DNA of 64,000 nucleotides, taken from the NCBI GenBank assembly GCA_053919585.1, contig CM132785.1; one strand, given 5' to 3'. Positions 1-13,897 of the stretch are shown here, piece by piece. Source of the DNA: Euprymna scolopes (Eukaryota). A program made the translations under genes and the position numbers. A model generated the notes under the pieces. It was not told where the DNA came from. It did no database searches and was given only the letters and a program-made list of their open reading frames with translations. Positions within the stretch are counted from its first letter, which is position 1. Each line of letters begins with the position of its first letter.

Positions 1-541
1 ATATGAAATCGTTATTGTCAAGGTCTGCGTGTCAGTTTCGATCCTTTCGATCGGCCCATCATTTTAGTGGCTGTCCATTCGATTATTTCGTAATTATTAT
101 TCTTGGTGTGATTTTTATATACCCGGAGTCTGTTAGCATGGCCAAACCATGTTTATACTTTTTTGAATGATAATGTTGATGCATCTTTTTGGTATCTGCA
201 TTTATTTATCTAACTCTCAAAGTTACTACTAACCCTTAAACATTTTATATCAAATACATTGAACTTCCTATATGCTCTGTCGTGTTTCATTGGCATATAT
301 AGCATGTACAATGTATCTATAATTTGGAGAAATCATGATACAATGATTGAAACAACATACTAAATATACGGTTTGTATAATTAAAATACAGAATGCTAAA
401 TAGTGCATAATACAGAACTTTAAAATATCATTGTCAACTATTGCGAGGCAAGGAAAGCTGATTTAAGTTTTGATAAATAGAATTTAATTTAGAAGCCAGA
501 TAAATTAAGCATAGTTATTTTGTATACAGAAGTAAACTAAC

Positions 542-715
542 CTCCACGACCACACCCCATTTTTTCTAGGGTATCTCTAGCCTCGGAGAGATCCCGAGAA
601 AGTTCCGGATAACCGGCTTCCTCGCATTCAAGAATGATCTTTTCCAGTTGAGCCTGGTTTTTCTGTCTCACTGCAGCCCTGAGTCGATCCCGAAGATCTT
701 TCACAGGCTTAAGGC
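542..715 (-). CDS. Exon, helical domain class A ([12 protein letters not shown]...EEAGYPELS...GRG), 3' divergent block
   Basis: 174 nt, CAG acceptor, GTTAG donor, open frame. Confidence 0.88.
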
Positions 716-1561
716 CTGGAGGGGCAATAAAATAAAAACAAAACAAGTTACTTTAATGTTCGTTGCTGAAAAGGAAATGTTTTAAGCTCTGAAAATATTT
801 ACATAATTCGTTAAAAGCAGGAGGGTTTGATAAGTTATTATACAGATGACGAATGTTGAAGCACGATGAAAATAGAATTAAACTACGTTTTTCTGTTTAA
901 AAATTAAAATAAAATTTAAATAAAAATCATCAAACTGATTTTGTATGTAAATCTATATTGAATTCCAGATTTATGTGAAATTACCTCTGCTTTTAGAAGA
1001 AATTTAAAAAAATAGAAATACATATTAAAAATAAACATCGAGTGCTTCAATTTATGTAATCATCTATTTTACATAGCTTGCAATTAGAAAGCGCACAAAA
1101 ATACTATTAATAAAATTAATAATGATAAAAATATTATTATTTAATTCACTAGTTATAACACACATTATTATCTGTGATTGCGCACTCACAATAACCAGTG
1201 TTTTTTTCCTGGAAATTATGAGTGATGACAAATCTCAGATTCCCAGTACTCTCCATCTATTTTGATTTTCTTTGTGTTATCACTGCAGTCATTAATTAAT
1301 TGCTAGTAACGACCGGTGACTTTTTATGGAATTTGAATGATAATTATTATTATTTGTACTTACACAGGCCATCATCAGAGATTACTCACTGACATCAACC
1401 GGTGGTGTTCCGTGGAGTTTCGGTGATAATAAGTCTCTCCAGATATCCAGTACCCACCACCTCTTTCGATAGCCTTTGCAGATGTCCTTGTGATATCGTA
1501 ATGGCCGTTTGTCATTGAATTCTCACTTGTTGTTGCCAGTATCAAGTCAATGGCAAACGGC

Positions 1562-1604
<43 letters not shown>

Positions 1605-3610
1605 TACACATTTAAATACGCGGAAAGTTTACAGTAGAAAATCAGAGCTAACCTCCCACACCACCCTGGATCATGTGTAAGGTATTCCTGGCATGATAAA
1701 GATCAATGTCAAGTCCTGGAAGACCGGAAGCAACAGCCTGTTTGATAGATCGCTCAAGTTTTTTCTTATCTCTTGTATTGATTGCATGCTTCATAATATT
1801 TCGATAATATTCCGGCAATGTGGTACCTGAAGACAAAAAGCTAGTATTTTATAAATTATACATTTTTGAAAGGTTGCTAAAATGCATTAAATTCAAGAAA
1901 AATAAATAAAAAGCTATAAATATACAATGATTCAGTGTTTTTAAAAATTAACGAAATGTTTAAATAAACTTGGAGTACATAGTCGTTTTCAAGTCCAAAT
2001 GTTTTTCAAGCCGCCCTCTAAAATAATCAAGTTCTCCTTAGCTTCAACCACCGCCTGCAATTCTCTCGCTGTTGTCTCACCATTCACTCGATAAACTTAT
2101 TAGTTCTTATTCTCATTATGCCTCTGAGTCTTGATTATCTGTGACTCATTATATATATATAAATGCGTTTTCAAGAATAAATATAAATTGAATGTATTAC
2201 TATAAAAAATAAATGTCTAATGGCAATAAGACAATATATCACCTTCATAATAAAATAAATATACCGCTAAAGATAGTAAGATAATACTTGATCTTCATAA
2301 TAAAATAAATATATAATTAAAGTCATTAATCCAATATCTAACCTCCATAATAAAATGAATATATGATTAAAAGCAATAAGACAATGTATGACCTCCATAA
2401 TAAAATAAATATATGATCAAAGGTAATAAGACTATACTGACATCCATACTCTAATAAATATATGATTAAAGTCATTAAGACAATATATGACCCCCATAAT
2501 AAAATCAATATATGATCAAAGGCAATAAGATCTCCATAATAATATAAACATACGAGTAAAGGCAGAAAATATCTAATGAAATAAATATAAGATTAAAGCA
2601 ATAAGACAATATCTGACCTCCATAACCACCACCTAATCGTTTAAGGTGTAATCTGGCATCTTGGATATCAAAGCCGATCTCCGGATACTCGGTTCTTTCA
2701 CATTCTTGAATTAACTTTTCCAAAGTAGGGCGGTCTTCTCGTTTGATGGCAGATTTCAGATCATCGCGAAGCGTTTCAGCAGACCTCGGTCGCACCGATG
2801 TGTCTGCGCCTAACACCAATAAAAATGATTCTATTTAACAAAATCATGTTGAGTGAAGGATTTAAATAAATTCGCGAATTAAAAGATTTGCTCCATAAGC
2901 ATTAGGTACAACTTAGGCAAGAATTAAAGCTTTAGTCACAGATTTTACACTCGGATAAATTCTTTTACTTTTACGTTTTATAAAAATGAAAATTAATTTA
3001 GCATGATTACAATTATGTTTGTTATGGAAGAGTAAAGCCTATAATATGAAATAAATTACTATTCTAGAATCTGAATCCTATTCAATGTAAAACTTCTTTC
3101 TTTCAGACCGTATGCTATGGACTGAAACTTACAAAGTATGCATTCAATTGGTATCATTATTTAACAAAGCTAATGATGCCCTACATTTTTATATACAGAT
3201 GCCTTTAAAACCTGTGAATCCTAAATTATACGTAGTAGACATCAGTTAATAAACATTCCCCAAGTGTCCGTTTCTTTTGTTTATTTAAAATAGGGTTTTA
3301 GAGGACGTGATATTGAAACAAGGTTTCATTTATAAATTCAAATATTTCAGGTTAAGATTGAATTCGATTCATAGCTATTATACAGCAATTAAGCAAGAGT
3401 CCTGGAATTCACATTTCCCTTAAGAGTTTTTCTAGAATCAAAATTATTAAAGGAGTTTTATTAAAAATTGGAACTAATGTTATAAATTGTTTATTATATC
3501 AATGTTATAATAGGGGCATATTAAGGTTAGTATTTATCATTATGTTAATCGTTATAGTAATGCAAAAACTTCGGTTTGGGAATTTATTTTTACCCTTCTG
3601 AGAGTTTCCT

Positions 3611-3670
<60 letters not shown>

Positions 3671-4152
3671 TATCCCCATTCTTTCTTTTTCTTACCTTTT
3701 CCTCTTGCTTTTCTTTTCTTTCCTCCTTTCTTTTATTGTCTATTCTTTTTAAGGATACCCCATTATTTCTTAGTGGTCCCTATCTTCTTTAAACTTACTT
3801 ATACACTACCCTTTCATTTCTTTATGTTTTTACCTTCCTGTTAACGTATTCTTAATTCCTTATCTCTAGTTGCATTATAATGTTTCATTCTTATATTTTA
3901 TACCTTCTTTAATATATCTTAATATGGTCTTGCTTCATTTCCAATCAAAATGTTCTTAAGCTAGCTTTTATCTATATTTTATATTATGTATAATGTTGAG
4001 CTTTTCCTCTTCTGATGAGAAGAATTTAGCTTCGAAATGCCATGACCTATTCTTTCATTATTAATTTGATTATATTATAAAATAATATTTAACGTTAACT
4101 CCCAGCTTTTAATTATTATATATAAATAAAAGTCATTTGTGTTTTTCATACG

Positions 4153-4216
<64 letters not shown>

Positions 4217-4944
4217 GTTTAGTTGTGGTACTATTTATTTGACATTATTGTCAATAGAATGAACTTTTCACTATATAATATTTTCAGAAAAAATAGCATG
4301 CTAGTACTTTAAAAATAATGCAAATTTTATCGCGCCAAAGACCGAAATATTTAATGTTCAAGAATCCATTACACTAATACAAATGTTTGAATATGATTAC
4401 AAATAGATACATTGTTAGGTAAGATTATAGCTTTAAAGAAATTTAATTGATTCTACCAGCAGAAGATGGAAAATGGGAGAAATATTTCATTTTGTTTAGA
4501 TTCAGACATACATTTAATTGAATTTAATTTCGTATGAACAAATGCAAATTTCGCTAACTTATATAATTTTGATATATTATGAGAAGACTGTTATAAAAAT
4601 AGGGGATTTAAAAAGTAATCGTCAGAAATCCTATAGAATTATTACAATTTATCATGAATTTCAAAGAGTTTTTTTGGTGTTAGAAAATAGATATAAATAC
4701 GATTTCACGCTAATCTAGAGAAGCGGCTTACTCAATTCTGCCAACTAGTTTTTGAGTGTCTGTTGTCAATTCGTAGAGTATTGTACTGAGAATTGTTTTG
4801 TTCATCTTATGCAACCTTAGAGACGAACGCATTGGAGGGAAAATGACATTCGGACCAATATTCCACGAACTAACACAAGAGACCGAAAAAAACCCAGATT
4901 ATATCGCAAAGTCACGAAAATAAGTAGGAAAATAACGAGAAAAG

Positions 4945-4993
<49 letters not shown>

Positions 4994-6584
4994 TCGTAAA
5001 ACAAAGCTGATAATCATAATCTAAAAGCTGACTAAAATTGTGTTCATATTAACATAAAATACGATACCATAGAGAAAAGTCTGACCTCGTGATCCTTCGA
5101 TAGATGGTTGGATATTTTCTCGGGGACGGTACATAGTTGGGGGCATTAGGTTTGGTGATAAGGTATCAGTCGGAGTTTGTCCGACATTTGGCTTCACCTG
5201 CCGCCTTACTCCGACTCTTGGTGAGCGTGGTGGTTGCGGTGAACGTGCTTGCTGCTGAGAGCAGGGTTGCTGCGGTGAGCGTGGTTGTTGGGGCGATCTG
5301 GGTGGTTGTGGTGAGCGGGGTTGCTGTGTCGAACATGGTTGTTGTTGGGAGCGGACTGGCTGTGGGGAACGTGATGGCTGCGGGGACCTGGGTGGTTGTG
5401 GTGAATGAGGTTGTTGTGGGGAATGAGGTTGTTGCGGCGACCTAGGTGGTTGAGGCGAGCGTGGTTGCTGTGGCGACCTGATTGGTTGCGGCGACCTGGG
5501 CGGTTGTGGTGACCTCGGTGGCTGCGGTGAACGGGGTTGCTGCGACATACATGGTTGTTGTTGAGAGCGAGGTTGCTGCGGCGAACGGGGTGGCTGTGGC
5601 GAACGGGGAGATTGTGAAGAACGAGGGGAGTGAGGTGAACGCTGAGATTGAGCTGTATGGGGAGAGGGGTAAGGCAAACGCGCTGAATTTGGTGAACGTG
5701 GGGATCCGGGAGACAAGAGGCCAGCTAAACAACGCGAAAAAATAGAAACAGGTGATGAGGTTATATTTTGTAGAATAAAAATTAAAAATTGTACTGACAT
5801 ACAGAGCTAAATATAGCTCTGTATGTAAGTACAATTTAAAAAAAAATACTTTGACATAAATACACAAAAACATGCAAACATATAATAAATATAGTCGTAA
5901 TGATGAGAAAGTGCTCGATACTGATAATAGATCTCATGTGGGTCGAAGTTTTCAACTCCAATGTCAAAAAATTCCTGTTGAGCCATCCTCTTAATACTCA
6001 AATTCTATCACATCATTAAAGCTTTACCTAACATCACGGTGGTTGTCTCACCGTCTATTTGATATTAACCTTTATCCTCGAATAGCATTTGGGTCTTGAT
6101 GAATGGTTACTCTTTAGTAGAAAATCTATATGGTGACTGGCAGTTCCTTGCCAGTATATTTTTTATAGAGGAACTATCAGTTAACATAAATAAAAGTAAA
6201 AATAAAATCATCGTCTACGTTTATGTACGCTCAGTTCTTAAGTGTTAACAATAATAGAGCTTATGTCATTAAAATATTGGTGAATAATAAAATGAAAAAC
6301 GGAGTTGCATAAACATATATTTTTCACAAACGCACACATATATGGCATATAGTTAGTTCTTTCTACAAGTAAATCCTGACTAAATATTCAAAATAACAGT
6401 ATTCGAAACCCAAATAAGATCCCCTTGGTATGGTTACCACAACACTCGTTTATACGAGGAATTGTGTACCGTCTCCAAGTTATATTGCCTTAAATAACAG
6501 CACTAAGCTTGATATATCACCATACTAGATAGATTCGCGTCCTGGAATCCGGTAAGATCAAGATACACCAAAAAAGATATATTA

Positions 6585-6668
<84 letters not shown>

Positions 6669-6751
6669 CTGGTCACTTGTGGAGAGGAAAAGTTAGTACT
6701 CATTATTACTTTACCCACTCAACATTTGAGACTAAAAATAGAACTTTAATG

Positions 6752-6817
<66 letters not shown>

Positions 6818-7188
6818 TAGCATGGGTGCCCGGCGTTGCCCGGGTGTTTGGAGGTGTATGCTGAGCAAAAAAAAGGGGGTAATTTTTTAAACTTTGACCC
6901 CTATTATGACCCCTGAAAATTTATTGTTTTGGGCTCAAATCAAGTTATTAAGTTAGATTCATGTCCACGGAAGCTATATCTAAAATTTAAAGTGTGTAGA
7001 CCCAAAATTGTCGGAGAAGTTTGGTAGAGTTCTCAAAGCTCAAATCGTTGAACTTTGACCCCTTAATCGCCAAATTTCTGGCTAAAAACCGATCACATAG
7101 ATTTTTCCAAATCTCAGTACCCTGTATATCAAATTTCGAGTCTGTAGACTAAAAATTGACAGAGTTATTTCGTAGGGAAATGTACACA

Positions 7189-7233
<45 letters not shown>

Positions 7234-10200
7234 TAACTTTTATAGATATATAGATTTAAAATTTGAGTCTGACAGAATGACAAAATTATATTGCAAACCG
7301 ATATATTAAACAAACGAACTTCAAAGAGACAAATGAACACATAAGTAAAAACAATTTGTATTAGAAAACATTTATTATTCCACGTCTTTTTTTACAGACC
7401 TGACGACTGAGGTTCGCTCTTAATAAAAATTGTTTTTTATAGTCTTAATTTTGACTTCCTTTTTCATAAAAAACTAAAAAAAAAATCAAGAAAGAAAAGA
7501 AATTTAATTTTATTTTTTCATTAATTTCTTTCTGTGCAAAGCAATTCTTTCAAACTTACTCTGTTTCCAAAATGTTTTTATTTTATTCCCCTCCCCCTTC
7601 ATTCATTTTCCTCCGCATCCTGGCAAGATTACTGTACACATAGATTCGAAAAAATAGTCAAAAACAAATATATAAATAAATGTTATCAAAGGCAAGATAA
7701 GTTACTTTTCTACCTAACTGGATATCTTTTTTGTGTTTTTATTCAATGTAATATATTTATTCAGCTCGAAAAACACAGTGTTTACCGATGTGTTGGAAAA
7801 TTCAAGATGGCGTCTCACACCCTCTTTAACACCGTAAGTTTGGGAAAAGGTGTTATAAATAAAAAACTATACAAAATACTATTAAAAACCCGCCGAATAT
7901 ATGTCAACCTATGTCACGGTAACATATATTGAGCGAGTTTTTAACAGTATTTAAACAGGGCACATCGTAAAAACTGACCCATTAATTTTCCTGAAGTAAA
8001 AACTATATAGTTTTTAAACTTTTAAAACTGTACATTATAAAAAGAAAACTGTTCGAGTGATTTTTTTTTTTTTTTTTACATGGGTGTCACCACTTATCAA
8101 GGCCCAGAGGCCACTCAAGGATAAGGGTTAATAGGTATACATTAGTCATTGTGATTTTAGCATAGTAAACAGTGGGAATTTTGTAACTTGGATTACTTGA
8201 AAAAGAAAACTGTTCGAATGATTGAAAATGAAAACAAAATAACAATGTAAATATATTGATAAGAAAAAAACAAAAACAAACGAAGTTTCCGTTTCAGGAA
8301 CCCGAGTTTAATTTTATGTCGTAATCATTCAACTCGTTAGCGGTTTTATTCAGCGATTAGGGATAACCATACGACATATCTAATTACCAAAGCGATTTTT
8401 TTTTTATTTTTATTTTTTTATTAAAACTAAACCTGTTTAGTTTTAATGAACCAATTTTTTTAAAGCCAACACTTTAGTTATTTTGAGAGCGTGCAACTGC
8501 ACCCGAAAGGTTGATTAGGAAACTCCAAATCCTTTTATGACTCGGAAAAAAAAGGGCTTTTTATCGGCTTAAATGATAAACTAATGTTAAATATTAGTAT
8601 TTGCCATCGATTCTGAAATAAAATGAAATCCTGACATTGTGATCATTTTTGCAGGTGTTATGTGCCAAATATTGAAATAAGAATGTTTAAATTCAATTAT
8701 TGTAATTTAAGTCTTTAATTTTAAAGTCGATTTTATTTATAAAATATCTTTTTAGAAATCAATCTCAAAAACAATCTGAACAATAAATCTCTTTTGTTAT
8801 GGCTAAGTTTTTGTCAAGGGTAGAAATTATAATAGACAAGTATTCATCCATGATGACATTTTACCGATTTCCTGGTTTACAGGTATTCTTGCTAAATTTC
8901 TTCGAAAGAATTGACATAAACAATACTTCAACTAAATACGTATATTTCATGCAATAATGACTTTTATTTCTTCTGACTTTTCCTAAACTAAACATAAAAC
9001 ATCGGTTAGGGTTAGTTTAACATTCTGTAAAAGTACCTTCCGTTTTTTTTTTTTGTTTGTTTTTTTTTTTGTACTTCTGCAGAGAAGGTAAAAAACCGAT
9101 AAAAACTGGATATATTTCTCGTGTTTTTATTCAATTTAACATGTTTATTCAGCTCGAAAAGAATACAGTGTTTACCGATGTGTTGGAAAATTCAAGATGG
9201 CGTCTCACACATTCTTTAACACCGTAAGTTTGGGAAAAGGTGTTATAAATAAAAAACTATACAAAATACTATTAAAAACCCGCCGAATATATGTCAACCT
9301 ATGTCACGGTAACATATATTGAGCGAGTTTTTAACAGTATTTTAACCGGTTTTTTATTTATTACACCTTTTTCCAAACTTACCGTGTTAAAGAGAGAATC
9401 GGCCGCCATCTTGAATTTTCCAATACATCGGTAAACACTGTATGCTTTTCGAGCTGAATAAACATGTTAAATTGAATAAAAACACGAAAAATTTGCCTTT
9501 GATAACATTTATTTGTTATATATTTGTTTTTTGGCAACTTATTCGAATCTAATTTAAGACCACGAGTGAAATGAGAAAAAGAAGTCAGCGGGTTTGGTTG
9601 CCATAACAACGTGACGGTAGTGAACGAGTGTGTGTGTGCGTGTGTGCGCGTATTTCGTGTAGTTTAGTTTCGCATAATAGTTTCGTATTTTTTTAATTTG
9701 TAAATAACAAGTTATTAAAAAATTAAACCCTTCCAAGATGGACAATAAATAAAGCCATAATATTTTATGGTAAAGGTAAGAGCGTAGAAACGATTGTTTT
9801 TTAGGAGATGTGATTATTGGATTAACCAATCAGAAATCGTCTGTGGCACACACATCTCTGTTTTTATAGATATATAGATAGAAGATAGATAGATATATCG
9901 CATACTGAGATCAAATATTAGTCCGAAGGAACTCCTTAGTTTCTAAGAAGTTTGGAATAAAATGAAAAAAACAGTTAATTTGCGTTCTTATTTTCGAGTC
10001 AAATTCAGCAAATTGTAGATGATATAAGNNNNNNNNNNNNNNNNNNNNNNNNNNNNNNNNNNNNNNNNNNNNNNNNNNNNNNNNNNNNNNNNNNNNNNNN
10101 NNNNNNNNNNNNNNNNNNNNNNNNNNNNNNNNNNNNNNNNNNNNNNNNNNNNNNNNNNNNNNNNNNNNNNNNNNNNNNNNNNNNNNNNNNNNNNNNNNNN

Positions 10201-10749
10201 NNNNNNNNNNNNNNNNNNNNNNNNNNNNNNNNNNNNNNNNNNNNNNNNNNNNNNNNNNNNNATGAACTATTATAAAGGAAATACACTAGGAAAACTGTAT
10301 AAACATGTAACCTATTTGTGTTCACAATGTAATGTTTTGTATTTTGGGTGTCAGTAAAGTAATAAAAAGTTAGACATTTTGTTTATTAACAGAATATAAA
10401 TTACCAGAATCGTATTTCTTCACTCACAACTAATAATTCCGGAACTTAAAATCCTAAAAATTCTATTTAAGTTTGTGTATTTTTACCTCAAAATTTGATT
10501 TGTAAACATCTTTTTTTATTCGTATATCAATTTATATATGTAAAACTATTGGCAAAATAAAATCAAATTCATCACAAATAACTGAAAATCATTACTGCTC
10601 TCATATTTCTAATTATGTTCGGAATTTTCTGAGAACATTATAAGCGGTAATAAATTTTTTGCTTCTTTTGTAGTTATTGATTTATTGATATATTTCGAAC
10701 AACATTTCTCCTTTTTGTTTAGTATGTAACAATAGAAATTTCCCTTCAG

Positions 10750-10798
<49 letters not shown>

Positions 10799-10890
10799 AA
10801 TACGCAATATCGCTACGTTTTTAGAAACGCATATATATATATTTAAATACGTAATATCGCTACGTTTTTACAAACGCATATATATATATG

Positions 10891-10928
<38 letters not shown>

Positions 10929-11869
10929 CGTTTCGATAAACGTAGCGATATTACGTATTTAAAGGAAGAAACTCTCAAATGCTCAGTGAGCAAAAGTACC
11001 AGCAGCCGTAGCATAGTCTTTTATAAAATAAAATTACATTTCCGGTTTATTTTTAAAAGTTTAGGTTTGAACGCAAATTGCAAATCTATTGACAAAACAT
11101 AGATATTGAAAATATAATTATATAGGTAAATGAATATTTTTTTAGAAAACATGTATTCATTGAGAGACTGACCTCCGCGCATGCCTCCAATGTTTTCTAA
11201 CAGGTTTCGTGTCTGTTGGATATCAGGTTGAAGTTGCGGATGTCCTGAAGCAATGCACTCATCCATGGCCTTCTCCAATGCTTCTTTGTCTCTTCGTTTT
11301 CTGGCGGACTCTAGTTTTTCTCGAAGACTTTCAGGAGATTCTGTTCCTAATTATTAAAATCAATTATTATTCGACATAAACTATAACCGGAAGCATCCAA
11401 CCAAAAAAGGCAAAAATGCAGACTTTAATGTTTGCGGACAGAAACATTTTTAAAGCAGCAAGAATATATTAATATTTTCCAGATAAGCTGAACACATTTA
11501 GTGTCTAAAAATGTTATTAATTATAGAATAAATTATGGATATTTGATTACAGAAACTGAACAGAGTTTGGGTTCACTGTCTAGCTAGCTTCCTCTGAGGT
11601 CTCTTTTAAAGATTTTATAAATGCTAATTAAATAAATACTAATTAAATGAGATTATTCACCAAACAGAGTAATATATGTTCATTAATACTTATTATACGT
11701 AATACATCGTCATAAATATCATAAAATATATACATATATATTTTATATATCGGATATAACAATAAACTCATATAATTATGTATATGTATATTCAAATACA
11801 AGTATATATTTTTGGCACATATCTTATATGAGTATTTAATAATACTAAACACCAGTTAGTGAAATATGC

Positions 11870-11923
<54 letters not shown>

Positions 11924-13534
11924 GTATACTTATATATATGCATATATATATCTATATANNNNNNNNNNNNNNNNNNNNNNNNNNNNNNNNNNNNNNNNNN
12001 NNNNNNNNNNNNNNNNNNNNNNNNNNNNNNNNNNNNNNNNNNNNNNNNNNNNNNNNNNNNNNNNNNNNNNNNNNNNNNNNNNNNNNNNNNNNNNNNNNNN
12101 NNNNNNNNNNNNNNTATTGTCGTAGCTTTTAATCTCGCCATGGTTAAGTATTATTACTTTTTAACCGCAATTACAGTGAAATACCTGTCTGTGGTAATTA
12201 TATATTATAAATACATATAAATCTCCTATAATAAAAAGAGGGCGACATAATGCGAGAAAATACTCTCTCAGAAATATAAAATGTGCTTCTCCGGTAAAGC
12301 AGCCGATAATACAGCTGTCGTAATCGCACAAGAACATAACAAACATATGTTTAGATATATAGATAGATAGATGGATATTTATCCGTTTGTATATACTTTG
12401 TTATATCTTGTAATAAATAAGCCCCTGTTACATGAATTTATCAAATTTCAGTAATTATTAAATTATCGTTATAAAGCTTAAAACCAAACTGCAAAAGCGA
12501 TAGCAGTAAGTATGAATCCATGTTGCTAACCTCCTTTTCCGTCTTGCGTTTTATCCAGAGCTTCTCTGGCTTGCTGAATGTCATCGTCTAATTCTGGAAA
12601 TCCCATTGCGACACATTCTTTAATGATGTCACTTAGTATCTTCTTATCGTTGTAACGGACAGCCTCCCTCAGTTGATCGCGGAAGATTTCCGGAGAACGC
12701 GAGCCTGAGAATTGAGTAGTTAATTCATGTCAGCTAATCGATGTGTTCACAATAGATAAAAACTTATTTAGGAGATCATGAATAAATATTACTAACTATA
12801 AATGATCACTTAATGATTATAATATGCTTACTTACTATGAAGTTTTACTTAGTTCATGTAAAAAAAGAAGCTTAAAGAATTATTGTATTTCTATAGATAT
12901 AAAAATGTCTATAAAATCTTTTTCTGTTCTTTTTTATAATCATAAAGGCAATGTACGAATTACTCCATTTTCAGAGATGTAAACAGCACATCAACAAAAT
13001 TTCGTTTTGATGAGAACATTTGATAAAACCATTATATTTAATAATCATAAATATATCTTACAACATATCATTACTTTTAGGTTAGTTTATTGGTATTTAT
13101 TACGAAGCAATTAATAAGTATGAGCATATTTGAAAGTGGAGGGTTATCCCTTAAATAGTTCCTTGAAACATTGGATAAACTGAGAAATCAACATATTCAT
13201 AAGTTTTATTTATTACATCCTGGCACAAATGTTAATTGAAACAAGTATTAAAATTAAAATCCCCATAATAATTTATACGTAAGAGTATCAACAGACCTCC
13301 AACTCCACCTCCTAGCTCTTTCATAACATCCCTGGCTTGGCGTAACTCAGAAGCTAGTTCCGGATTTTGGTAATTTTCACACTCGCATATTAACGTGTCC
13401 AGTTTCTGTGGATCTCTCTCTTCTTTGGCCAATCTCAATTGCTCAAGAAGCATTTCTGGAGATTGGATTTCTTGCAAAGAATCTGGATAAAGATAACGGT
13501 CGTAAGATGACAGATTACGTGATTATTATAAGTT

Positions 13535-13583
<49 letters not shown>

Positions 13584-13851
13584 ACGTGTGTGTGTGTATT
13601 TATATGCGTATGTATGTATGTGCGTATTTATATAGTCCAGATCGTTTCAAATAAGCTAGGATGAAAAATAAATAAATCTTGATTAAAGCCTGGTTATATC
13701 GGTCAATCATTTCCGGATAATTCTGAAACAAAATAACAGTTATACAAGTTTCCAGAGAAGTTATAACAGTCTGAAAAGTTAGTAATGGATTCTGACTTCT
13801 CTATGAACGTATTTTTGTTCCAAAACCATCATTAAACGATATTATATATAA

Positions 13852-13897
<46 letters not shown>

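Noticed and set aside
4005-4050. CTGATGA-GAAG...CTTC-GAAA, hammerhead ribozyme core-like
   Set aside because: Stem II is present, but there is no valid NUH cleavage triplet or stem I pairing; at most a decayed Penelope-type remnant.
5137-5873. Val/Ala- and Thr/Ala-rich ORFs overlapping the SP-rich exon
   Set aside because: Antisense or alternative-frame shadows of an 18-nt coding repeat; only the RSPQ frame has matching splice sites.
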